From positions 352,001 through 416,000 of the forward strand of contig CAWDVR010000002.1 in the NCBI GenBank assembly GCA_963805975.1: a stretch of 64,000 nt of DNA, in the 5' to 3' direction. This stretch comes from an uncultured Acidobacteriota bacterium (GTDB lineage Bacteria; Acidobacteriota; Thermoanaerobaculia; Multivoradales; SZUA-115). A model generated the notes under the pieces. The model worked only from the letters and a program-made list of their open reading frames with translations. It did not search any database and was not told the DNA's origin. The translations under genes and the position numbers were made by a program. This document shows, piece after piece, positions 1 to 8,407 of this stretch (within the stretch, counting starts at the first letter, position 1; each line of letters opens with the position of its first letter).

Positions 1-1005
1 CCCCACTTCTACCTCGGCAAGGCTCTCTTCGAGCTGGGCGACTGCCCGGCGGCGCTCGCCGCCTGGGCCGAGTCCGAGCGCCAGGGGGTGGTGCAGAAGT
101 TCGAGGAGAAGGCGGAGCTCGAGCGGGACCGCGCTGCCTGCCGTGACCGGCTGGCCACGGCGGCGGCGGCCGACGAGGGCCTCGCCGAGGCGCGGCGGCG
201 GCTGGCGCGCGCCGAGGAAGCCGCCCGCCGGGTGAGCCAGCTCGCCGGCCGCCCGGAGCTGGCCGCCGCCTGGCAGCAAGGCGAGCCCTCGCTCGCGGCG
301 CAGGAGAACGAGGCGGCTGGCCTCCTCGCCGGCGCACGCGCCGGGATGCCGCCCGCCGGCGGCCCTGCCGAGCTCCCGCGCATCCGTGCCGCCGGCGATC
401 TCGCCGGCCAGGCCCTCGCCCGCTTCGAAGCCATCGAACGGGAGGCGCAGCGCTTCGGCCAGACGGTCGAGGCCGAGCGCCGGACGGCCGCCGAGCGGCT
501 GAGCGCCGCGCTCGCCGGCGCGCGCGAGCTGCTGGCTTCGCAGCGCGAGCTCGAGCCCTATCCCCGCGAGGTGGCCCGCCGCCGCGCCGACCTCGAGGCG
601 GCGATCGCCGCGGCGGAGCCGGCGGGCTCCCCGGCCGAGGTCGAGAGCGCGCTCGCCGCCCTCGACGCGGCGGCGGGCCGGCTCCGGAAGGCCGTGGCGC
701 CGCCACCCGAGGCCTTGACCCGTGCCGCCGAAGCCTTCTTCCGGGGCGACTACGAGCGCGTGGTCAAGCTGCTCGAGGGCGCCCGCTTCGCCGAGGCGCG
801 CGCCGCCGCCCACGCGGCCCTCTTCCGCGCCGCGGCGCGCTTCGCGCTCTTCGTGACCGGAGGCGAGGGCGACGCGGCGCTCCTCGGCTTGGCGCGCGCC
901 GACGTCGCCGCCTGCCGCGCCGCCGATCCCGCGCTGGCCCCGCTCCCGAGCGCCTTCTCCCCGCGGTTCGTCGAGCTCTTCCGCGCCGAGGCCGGCGCGG
1001 ACTGA
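1..1005 (+). CDS. TPR-like / alanine-rich helical protein, 5'-truncated by the window edge
   Basis: Frame 1 is open from base 1 (PHFYLGKALFELGDCPAALAAW, TPR-like) to TGA at 1005. Confidence 0.7.
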   Translation, partial: PHFYLGKALFELGDCPAALAAWAESERQGVVQKFEEKAELERDRAACRDRLATAAAADEGLAEARRRLARAEEAARRVSQLAGRPELAAAWQQGEPSLAAQENEAAGLLAGARAGMPPAGGPAELPRIRAAGDLAGQALARFEAIEREAQRFGQTVEAERRTAAERLSAALAGARELLASQRELEPYPREVARRRADLEAAIAAAEPAGSPAEVESALAALDAAAGRLRKAVAPPPEALTRAAEAFFRGDYERVVKLLEGARFAEARAAAHAALFRAAARFALFVTGGEGDAALLGLARADVAACRAADPALAPLPSAFSPRFVELFRAEAGAD

Positions 1006-1116
1006 GCCAGCAATTGAACCAGTAGGGGCCACGCGGGTACTCACCGTGGGCAGGGCGCGGACCAGCCTACCCATCGCGGCCGGGCGGCTACCGTAGAATC
1101 ACGCGCGAGGACTTGC

Positions 1117-1350
1117 TTGCATCCCCCACCGCCTGCGCCGCCGGCCCCACTCGCTCGACGGGCCCGCGCTCTGCTCTCCCTCGCCGGCGTCCTCGGTGCG
1201 GTCCTCGGGCCCCGACCCGCCGTCGCCCTCGACCCTGGCCGTGCGATCGCCGACTGCGTGCACCAGACCTGGGGCGCGGACGAGGGCCTGCCGCAGGGCG
1301 TGGTGCAGGAGATCCTCGAGACCCGCGACGGCTACCTGTGGTTCGGCGGT
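1117..1350 (+). pseudogene. Remnant N-terminus of a two-component regulator beta-propeller sensor
   Basis: Signal-like segment then ALDPGRAIADCVHQTWGADEGLPQGVVQEILETRDGYLWFG, a typical first propeller blade; similarity ends abruptly near 1350. Confidence 0.6.
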
Positions 1351-1532
1351 GGGGCCTCGGCCCGTGGGCCGGTGCCCTGGCATGCCGGGGAACCGCCGAG
1401 GCTCCGTTGTGTCGTGCCCTGCCTCCACCGGGCGAAGGCGGCGAGACCTACTGACCGGCGCTCCTGCACCGGAGCCACGAGACCCAGACCGGCCTCTCGA
1501 CGGCGGGCAGCGCCGCGGGCGAGAATCCGCTC

Positions 1533-2243
1533 ATGTACCGCCAGCTCGAGCCGGCCAAGATCGACCACACCGTCACTCTTCTCGCACAGCGGGTCGAGGA
1601 GCGCTTCCCGGGCTCGGGGCTCGGCCGCGTGTGCCGCGAGCTCGAGGCGGTGATCCGCGACACCGAGCAGCGCTGCCGCTGGATCGCCGAGCCCAAGCGC
1701 TGGCTGCGCTGGGCGATCGGGCTCTTCATCCTGCTCCTGGTCGCGATCCTGGGAGTCTCGCTCGCCGGCTTGAGCTTCTCGACCGCCCGGCTCACCTGGA
1801 TCGAGCTGGTGACCGGGATCGAGGCGGCGATGAACGACGTCATCCTGATCGGGCTGGCTCTCGTCTTCCTGATCAGCGTCGAGAACCGGATCAAGCGCAA
1901 GAAGGCCTTGAAGGGCCTGCACGAGCTGCGGTCCCTGGCGCACGTGATCGACATGCACCAGCTCACCAAGGACCCGGAGCGGGCGGCCTCGCCGGAGCTC
2001 GACACCGCCTCCTCGCCCCAGCGGCGCCTGACGCCCTTCCAGATGACGCGCTACCTCGACTACTGCTCCGAGATGCTGGCCTTGATCGGCAAAGCCGCGG
2101 CCCTCTACGGCCAGCACCTGGACGATCCGGTGATCCTCGCCTCGATCACCGAGATCGAGAACCTGGCGACCAACCTGTCGCAGAAGATCTGGCAGAAGAT
2201 CCAGACCGTGGAGCTGTACCGTCGGCCGGTCGCCGAACCCTGA
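1533..2243 (+). CDS. Hypothetical membrane protein (2 predicted TM segments)
   Basis: 236-aa ORF with natural composition and two hydrophobic stretches; convergent with polA. Confidence 0.75.
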   Translation: MYRQLEPAKIDHTVTLLAQRVEERFPGSGLGRVCRELEAVIRDTEQRCRWIAEPKRWLRWAIGLFILLLVAILGVSLAGLSFSTARLTWIELVTGIEAAMNDVILIGLALVFLISVENRIKRKKALKGLHELRSLAHVIDMHQLTKDPERAASPELDTASSPQRRLTPFQMTRYLDYCSEMLALIGKAAALYGQHLDDPVILASITEIENLATNLSQKIWQKIQTVELYRRPVAEP

Positions 2244-2249
2244 GGCTCG

Positions 2250-4874
2250 CTACCCCTTGGCCTCGTACCAGCTCCGGCCCGCCGCGGCGTCGGCGACCAG
2301 GGGGACGGTGAGCTCCGCCACGCCCTCCATCTGCGCCTTGACGAGCTCGCCGACCCGGCCGGCGTCGGCCTCGGGCACCTCGAGCACCAGCTCGTCGTGC
2401 ACGGTGAGGAGCAGCCGCGAGCCCGGGTGGTCGGCGCGCAGCCGGCAGTCGACGGCGATCATCGCCTTCTTCATCAGGTCCGCGGCCGTGCCCTGGATGC
2501 GGGCGTTGATCGCCACCCGGCGGGAGTTCTCGCGCAGGTTCCAGTTGGGCGAGTTGATGTCCGGCAGGTAGCGCACCCGGCCGTAGAGGGTCTCGACCTT
2601 GCCCTCGCGCCTGGCGCTGGCCTCGGTCTCCTCCACGTAGCGCCGCACGCCGGGGTAGCGGTCGAGATAGGCGCGGATGAACTTCTCCGCTTCCTTCGGC
2701 GAGATGCCGCCCAGGTTCTGCGCCAGGCCGAAGCCGCTGATGCCGTAGACGATGCCGAAGTTGATCGTCTTGGCGGCGCGCCGCATCTCGGCGGAGACCA
2801 GGTCCGGCGCCACGCCGAAGACGGTGGCGGCGGTCGTGCGGTGGATGTCGTCGCCGCGGCGGAAGGCCTCGATCATCTCCTGCTCCTGGGCGATGTGGGC
2901 CAGGACCCGGAGCTCGATCTGACTGTAGTCGGCGACCAGCAGCAGCCTGCCGGCAGGTGCCACGAAGGCGCGGCGGATGCGCTGGCCGAGCTCGGTGCGG
3001 ATGGGGATGTTCTGCAGGTTGGGGTTGGCCGAGGAGAGGCGCCCGGTGGCCGCCACGGCCTGGTTGAAGCGGGTGTGGAGGCGGCCGTCCTTACCGACCA
3101 GCGAGGGCAGAGCGTCCACGTAGGTGCCCTTGAGCTTGGTCATCTCGCGGTAGCGCAGCAGCCGCTCCGGCAGCGGGTAGCCCTTGACCGCCAGCTCCTC
3201 GAGCACCTCGGCGCCGGTGGCGTAGCTCTTCGTCTTCCGGGTCTTCTTGCCCGCCGGGTATCCCAGCTTCTCGAACAGGATCGTCCCGAGCTGCTGCGGC
3301 GAGTTGATGTTGAACGGCTCGCCCGCCAGGTCGTGGATCTCGCTCTCGAGGCGCGCCAGGTCGGCGGCGAGCTCGCGAGACATGCCGGCGAGGAACTCCA
3401 CGTCGAGGAGGATGCCCGCCTCCTCCAGGCCCAGAAGCACCGGGACGAGGGGCAGCTCGAGGTCGCGGTAGATGGCCGCGAGCGGCCCCGCACCGAGGTC
3501 GCTCTCGAGCATCGGCAGGAGACGCCGCACCAGGCTCACCCGCTCGCCCGCGAAGGCGAGGAGCCCCGCGCCTCCCAGCGGCGGCTCCTCGCCGCGGTTC
3601 CAGCCCGCGTCCTTGGGCCGCAGAGGGTTTGCCTGCAGGCGGTCGGCGGCGATCTCCTCCAGGCTGTGGCCGTGGGCCGGCCGCAGCACGTAGGAGAGCA
3701 GCATCAGGTCCGCGAGGTGCGGCCAGCACTCGTCCGCGCCGCGCGGTGAGAGGCGGAGCGCCTCCTTGAGATCGTGGCCGGCCAGCCTGCCCCGGGGCTC
3801 GCGGAGGGCGGACTCGAGGCTGGCAACCGCCGCCTCCCGCATGCCGGGGCGGCGGAAATCGGCATAGAAGACCGGGCCTTCCGCCCCGGCCGCGGCCAGG
3901 CCCAGCGGCTCGCCCTCGCCCAGGGCGGCGACGAAGCGGTCGCCCAGAGCTGCCATGGCCCGCTCCCACTCCTCCGGGGTCTCGATCTCGCGCGCCGGCT
4001 CCTCGCCCTGGGTGGCAGCCGGGGCCGCTCCCAGCTCTTCGAGCAGGCTCTTGAGCTCGAGCTCCGCGTAGAGGAGGCGCAGGGCGTCGGTGTCCGGCGG
4101 GTCGAGGTGCAGGGCCGCCACGTCGAGCTCGAGCGGCAGGTCGGTGTAGATGGTCACCAGCTCGCGCGACAGCTCGGCCTGGTCGCGGTGCTGAATGAGA
4201 CCCTCGCGGTACGCCTTGCGCGGCACCTCCTGGGCGCGCTCGAGCAGGGCGTCGAGCGAGCCGTATTCCTGGATCAGGCCCTTGGCGCCTTTCTCGCCGA
4301 TGCCCGGCACGCCGGGCACGTTGTCCGAGGCGTCGCCCATCAGCGCCAACACGTCGACCACCTTCTCGGGCGGCACGCCGAAGTCCTCGGTGACGCCGGC
4401 CGCGTCGTAGAGCTTGTCGCGGCCCGTGTGGTACAGCGAGATCCCCGGCCCCACGAGCTGCATCAGATCCTTGTCGGCGGACACCAGCACCACCTCGTAG
4501 CCGGCCGCGGCTGCCTTCTTCGCCAGCGTGCCGAGCACATCGTCCGCCTCGTAGCTCTCCTGCTCGAGGATCGGGATGCCGAAGGCCTCGATCACCGCAC
4601 GGATGGCCGGGATCTGCACCCTGAGGTCGTCGGGCATCGGCGCCCGGTTGGCCTTGTACTCGGCGAACCGTTCGCTCCTCACCGTGCGGCGCGACACGTC
4701 GAGCGCCACGCCCACCAGCTCGGGCGTGTGGTCGCGCAACAGCTTGCGCAGGATCTGGATGAAGCCGAAGACCGCGTTGGTGGGCGTGCCCTTCGAGCTC
4801 GACAGGTTCCGGATCGCGTAGAAGGCGCGGAAGATGTTCGAGTAGCCGTCGATCAAGAACAGTCGCTGGGGCAT
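2250..4874 (-). CDS. polA: DNA polymerase I
   Basis: 5'-3' exonuclease N-terminus (LIDGY, YKANR, EADD, GDASDNVPGV) and polymerase motifs TGRLSS, DYSQIELR, KTINFGIVYG, VHDEL. Confidence 0.98.
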   Translation of the reverse strand: MPQRLFLIDGYSNIFRAFYAIRNLSSSKGTPTNAVFGFIQILRKLLRDHTPELVGVALDVSRRTVRSERFAEYKANRAPMPDDLRVQIPAIRAVIEAFGIPILEQESYEADDVLGTLAKKAAAAGYEVVLVSADKDLMQLVGPGISLYHTGRDKLYDAAGVTEDFGVPPEKVVDVLALMGDASDNVPGVPGIGEKGAKGLIQEYGSLDALLERAQEVPRKAYREGLIQHRDQAELSRELVTIYTDLPLELDVAALHLDPPDTDALRLLYAELELKSLLEELGAAPAATQGEEPAREIETPEEWERAMAALGDRFVAALGEGEPLGLAAAGAEGPVFYADFRRPGMREAAVASLESALREPRGRLAGHDLKEALRLSPRGADECWPHLADLMLLSYVLRPAHGHSLEEIAADRLQANPLRPKDAGWNRGEEPPLGGAGLLAFAGERVSLVRRLLPMLESDLGAGPLAAIYRDLELPLVPVLLGLEEAGILLDVEFLAGMSRELAADLARLESEIHDLAGEPFNINSPQQLGTILFEKLGYPAGKKTRKTKSYATGAEVLEELAVKGYPLPERLLRYREMTKLKGTYVDALPSLVGKDGRLHTRFNQAVAATGRLSSANPNLQNIPIRTELGQRIRRAFVAPAGRLLLVADYSQIELRVLAHIAQEQEMIEAFRRGDDIHRTTAATVFGVAPDLVSAEMRRAAKTINFGIVYGISGFGLAQNLGGISPKEAEKFIRAYLDRYPGVRRYVEETEASARREGKVETLYGRVRYLPDINSPNWNLRENSRRVAINARIQGTAADLMKKAMIAVDCRLRADHPGSRLLLTVHDELVLEVPEADAGRVGELVKAQMEGVAELTVPLVADAAAGRSWYEAKG

Positions 4875-5140
4875 GAGGCGGCCATTCTAGCCCGTGCCCG
4901 GGCGAACCTTCCCGCATGCGACGAGCTGCCTGTCGAGCCGCCGATACCATCCTGACACCCTGCTGTTTCCTCAGGCTGTCCCCCTCAAAAGCTCACCTGA
5001 CACTACATCTGTTGATGTTAGTTTTTGGAAATTGGACTGTGTGGATCTTTAAAGTACAAGCTATTCTGCCTTCCGGATTAGAGACCTCCCCGGCCCGCGA
5101 GCGCCGGGCTTCGTCAACCGCCTGTTGAAAGGAGCACTCG

Positions 5141-5779
5141 ATGAAGAAGCGTAGTTGGCTGTTGTTCGCCGCGGTGGCCCTCGTGACCGCCGCCCTCTCC
5201 GTCACCCTGCTGCCGCCTCCCCAGGAAGCGGAAGCGCAGACCGGCTTCCACAGCTACGCCGCCAAGTTCGTCTGCGGGTGGAACCGTTCGAACGTCGGCT
5301 TCGTGGATCCCACCGTGGCCCCCGCGGGCGAGGCGACCGTCAAGCTCGGCAACTACGCCACCGAGGTCAACATCTTCAACCCGCAGCAGGTGAGCCAGGA
5401 CCTCAAGAAGCGCGTCGTGGTGCTCTATCGCAGCGACACCGTGTTCCCGCCGATCGGCCGCGAGCCCAACGCCATCCCCGAGACCGGCACCGATTCGATC
5501 ACCCTTCCCTTCTTCCACGGCACCATGGACGACTGCAACCGCATCTACCGGCTCGCCGGCATCCCGATCGTCAACCCGCCGGTTCTGGCGATCGGCTACC
5601 TGGTCATCCAGAGCCCGCTGGAGCTCGACGTGACCGCGGTCTACACCGCCGAGCTGTGCTCCGACAAGGGTGTCGGCGGCGGCCCCGCGAACCTCTGCAA
5701 CAACGTCACCGCGGGCACCAACTACAGCGTCTCGCTGTCGATCGACGTGGAGCAGATCGCCGGGAAGTTCATCCAGTAG
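5141..5779 (+). CDS. Secreted hypothetical protein, YAAKFVCG family, copy 1
   Basis: AAGGAG RBS, N-terminal signal peptide, paralog of 5867..6523. Confidence 0.8.
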   Translation: MKKRSWLLFAAVALVTAALSVTLLPPPQEAEAQTGFHSYAAKFVCGWNRSNVGFVDPTVAPAGEATVKLGNYATEVNIFNPQQVSQDLKKRVVVLYRSDTVFPPIGREPNAIPETGTDSITLPFFHGTMDDCNRIYRLAGIPIVNPPVLAIGYLVIQSPLELDVTAVYTAELCSDKGVGGGPANLCNNVTAGTNYSVSLSIDVEQIAGKFIQ

Positions 5780-5801
5780 CAGCAGCGCCCGCCTCGTTCA
5801 C

Positions 5802-5839
5802 AGAGAGCCCTCCGCCGCCCCCGCGCCGGAGGGCTCTCT
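5802..5839 (+). terminator. 13-bp stem-loop between the two paralogs
   Basis: AGAGAGCCCTCCG (5802-5814) / CGGAGGGCTCTCT (5827-5839); weak U-tract. Confidence 0.55.
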
Positions 5840-5866
5840 TCCACGGCTCGACCAAAGGAGCTCACC

Positions 5867-6523
5867 ATGAGAACCCGCCACTGGTTGCTGGTCGCCGCGG
5901 CGACTGCCACCGCCGCCGTCGCCGCCATCCTCTTCCTGCCGGCCGCGCCCCAGGCCGAGGCCCAGGACAAGGGCTTCGTCTACAGCTATGCCGCGAAGTT
6001 CGTCTGCGGCTTCAACTCTTCCAACCTCGGCGTCGGAAAGCCGGGAGAAAAGGGTGGCGAGGCCACGGTCAAGCTCGGCAACTACGCCACCGAGATCAAC
6101 ATCTACAACCCCAACAGCGACACCCATGTGCAGAAGAAGCTCGCGGTGCTCTACGACAGTTCGACCCACTACCCGCCGCAAGGCCGCGAGCCCAACGTGA
6201 TCGACGCGCGGGTCGTGGACGCCATCGGCCTCGGCAACAGCCAGGCCACCATGGACGACTGCAACCGCATCTATCAGCTCTTCTTCGGCGGCCTCCCGGG
6301 GGCGTCCCCGCCGCCGCTCCTCATCGGCTGGCTGGTGATCGAGTCCCAGGTGCCCCTCAACGTCACCGGGGTCTACACCGCCGAGCTGTGCAGCGACTGG
6401 TCCATCGACGGCCTGACGCGCGAGTGGGTCTGCCGCCAGAACGCCGACTTCGCCGACCGTCACTACGGCGTGGGCCTGTCGATCGACGTGGAAGAGGTGA
6501 CAGGGACGCGGATCGGGGGGTAG
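5867..6523 (+). CDS. Secreted hypothetical protein, YAAKFVCG family, copy 2
   Basis: AAGGAG RBS, signal peptide; shares YAAKFVCG, GEATVKLGNYATE, TMDDCNRIY, VYTAELCSD with copy 1. Confidence 0.8.
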   Translation: MRTRHWLLVAAATATAAVAAILFLPAAPQAEAQDKGFVYSYAAKFVCGFNSSNLGVGKPGEKGGEATVKLGNYATEINIYNPNSDTHVQKKLAVLYDSSTHYPPQGREPNVIDARVVDAIGLGNSQATMDDCNRIYQLFFGGLPGASPPPLLIGWLVIESQVPLNVTGVYTAELCSDWSIDGLTREWVCRQNADFADRHYGVGLSIDVEEVTGTRIGG

Positions 6524-6550
6524 GGAGGAAGGTGTGCGGGCTCGTCGCCC

Positions 6551-6985
6551 TCAAGGCCACGGCGCGACGACCCGCACGCGCAGGATCGGCGCGAGGAGCG
6601 CGAAGTCATTCCGGTTCCGGGTGACGATCGTCGCGCCGATCTCGCGCGCACTCGCGGCGATCAGGATGTCGTTGGCAAACCGCCGCTGGGCGAGGCTCGC
6701 TTCGAGGCCTCCACGGCTGCGCAACCGACGATCCACCTCGGCGGCCCTCTCCCAGGTGGGCCGTGTCGGGGCGTGGAGGCGCCGCCTGGCGGCGAACGGC
6801 TCCACCAACCCGCGCCGCAGGGCCTCGGCCTTCTTGGGAGTCTGAGCGCCGACGAGAAGCTCGAAGAGCACCACGGCGCTCAGCACGATCCGCGGCAGCT
6901 CGGCCTCGTGGAAGGCGCGGAAGCCCTCCGCAAAAGCTGCGTCGTTGAAGCTGTCGATGTAGACGTTGGTGTCGAGGAGGAACAT
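6551..6985 (-). CDS. vapC: VapC-family PIN-domain toxin
   Basis: LLDTNV, FELLVG, NDILIAASA, VTRNRNDF PIN motifs; 144 aa. Confidence 0.88.
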   Translation of the reverse strand: MFLLDTNVYIDSFNDAAFAEGFRAFHEAELPRIVLSAVVLFELLVGAQTPKKAEALRRGLVEPFAARRRLHAPTRPTWERAAEVDRRLRSRGGLEASLAQRRFANDILIAASAREIGATIVTRNRNDFALLAPILRVRVVAPWP

Positions 6986-7248
6986 CAGCCGCCGCCGGGA
7001 CGCTCCCCGCTGAAGCGATCGGCGAAACCACCCCGGCCGAGCAGCGAATCCATGCCGCTCCGGACCTCCTGCTGAAAGGCCGCGAAGTCCTCGGCGAGGT
7101 CCAGCGCCCGGTCGATGGCTTCGGTTTCCGTGGCGACCCCGAACGCCTGCTTCGCACGATCGATCTTGCCCTGATCCACGAAGAGGTTCTTGCGCCGGCG
7201 TGCGGATGGGCTCAGCTTCCGGCGGTGTGGATCGAGCGTGAGGGTCAT
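6985..7248 (-). CDS. Putative VapB-like antitoxin
   Basis: GGAGG RBS before ATG 7248; 87 aa with RRKNLFVD..IDRAKQAFGVATETEAIDRAL (RHH-like); stop overlaps the vapC start. Confidence 0.75.
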   Translation of the reverse strand: MTLTLDPHRRKLSPSARRRKNLFVDQGKIDRAKQAFGVATETEAIDRALDLAEDFAAFQQEVRSGMDSLLGRGGFADRFSGERPGGG

Positions 7249-7315
7249 GCCGACCTCCAGTGTCCTGGATCTGTATCTATCACAGAGGCATCTGTATGGC
7301 GCAAGAGGCGGAGCT

Positions 7316-7342
7316 CCCACCGCGGCTCCCGGCGGCGGTGGG
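7316..7342 (-). terminator. GC stem-loop downstream of the CHAT operon
   Basis: CCCACCGC / GCGGTGGG inverted repeat just past the 7356 stop; no clear U-tract. Confidence 0.35.
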
Positions 7343-7355
7343 GGTTGCTCTCGGC

Positions 7356-8372
7356 TCAGGAGGGAGGCTGGAAGAGCATCGGCCCGCAGATCACGCGGTT
7401 GAGGCCGCCGATCACGACGGGCGGCACAAGGGCCGCGCCCGCCACGGCTGGCAGCCGGCTCACCTCCCCGACGACACACGGGAGCGGGTAGTCCTTCTCG
7501 ACATCCCATTGCGCCACCGTCACCTCTCCGCAGTAGGGTCCTTTCAGCGTCTGCGCTCGCCGCTCCCGCAAGTCGAAGAAGCTAAAGAAGTGCCCGTTCC
7601 CAGCCTGTTGGCTGCAGGTCGCCTCACCAACCACGGGCATGTAGTTCCCGATGAGGACGTCGATACTCCGTGACCTTCCCCTGGGGTAGAGCGTCAAAGG
7701 ATCGTCGCAGTCATTGGGATCGCTCAGCGAGCACAACGTGAACTCGACCGGGCCGTTGTTGCTCTGCAACGGGATCTCCAGCAGGACCAGGTCCGCGACC
7801 GCCTGCTTGAGGCCGAAGACCAGCCAGTCATCACGGTCCGCCTTGAAGCTCATCGCGTGGATTACGGTTTCCTCGTCGTCTTCGAAATCCGCAACGCTGT
7901 AGACGCTGGCATCGATCTGGCCGTCGATGAAGACGACGCTCTTCAGGTCGCCGAGGTCTCCCTGACCCAGGAAGTTCTTCCTGATCGCGCCCGTGGTCGT
8001 GGAAAGGAGGCTCATCGTGGGCACCCACGAGAAGTCCGGGAGAGTGGCTGCTGTCGGGACGACTCCGGTGAAGGTGTTGCTCGCCTCGACGTTGGCGATC
8101 TCTCGGGGTGTCCATTCGCCATCCTCCTTGATGCCTTCCAGGCCTACTCTCTTCCCGTCGAGGCTCAGCTGGTCGATCGTGCATGCATTCAGCTCCGCGT
8201 CGTCGTCCTCCAACGAGCGGATTTGAATCAGGTTCTTCCTCTCATAAACCAGCCACGGCGCATGGTGGGTTGCTTCCGGCAACGACACCACGAGCTCGAT
8301 GTTGTTGCCATCCATCGTGACGTTCGGCACCAGGGCCGCGTAGCCCATGATGAACAGCCGCAAGGTCGCCAT
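7356..8372 (-). CDS. Hypothetical protein co-transcribed downstream of the CHAT protease (338 aa, acidic, Cys-containing)
   Basis: AGGAGGG RBS before ATG 8372 (MATLRLFIMG), 35 bp after the CHAT stop. Confidence 0.75.
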   Translation of the reverse strand: MATLRLFIMGYAALVPNVTMDGNNIELVVSLPEATHHAPWLVYERKNLIQIRSLEDDDAELNACTIDQLSLDGKRVGLEGIKEDGEWTPREIANVEASNTFTGVVPTAATLPDFSWVPTMSLLSTTTGAIRKNFLGQGDLGDLKSVVFIDGQIDASVYSVADFEDDEETVIHAMSFKADRDDWLVFGLKQAVADLVLLEIPLQSNNGPVEFTLCSLSDPNDCDDPLTLYPRGRSRSIDVLIGNYMPVVGEATCSQQAGNGHFFSFFDLRERRAQTLKGPYCGEVTVAQWDVEKDYPLPCVVGEVSRLPAVAGAALVPPVVIGGLNRVICGPMLFQPPS

Positions 8373-8407
8373 CGCATCCCTCCTGCCAATAGAAAGCTGC
8401 CTGACCG

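Noticed and set aside
1022-1070. Second GTAG REP-like element
   Set aside because: GTAGG...CCTAC ends are present but the internal palindrome is weak and unlike the 16367 element.
7356-8372. Bacterial gasdermin call for the CHAT partner
   Set aside because: No N-terminal Cys or other gasdermin signature recognisable; left as hypothetical.
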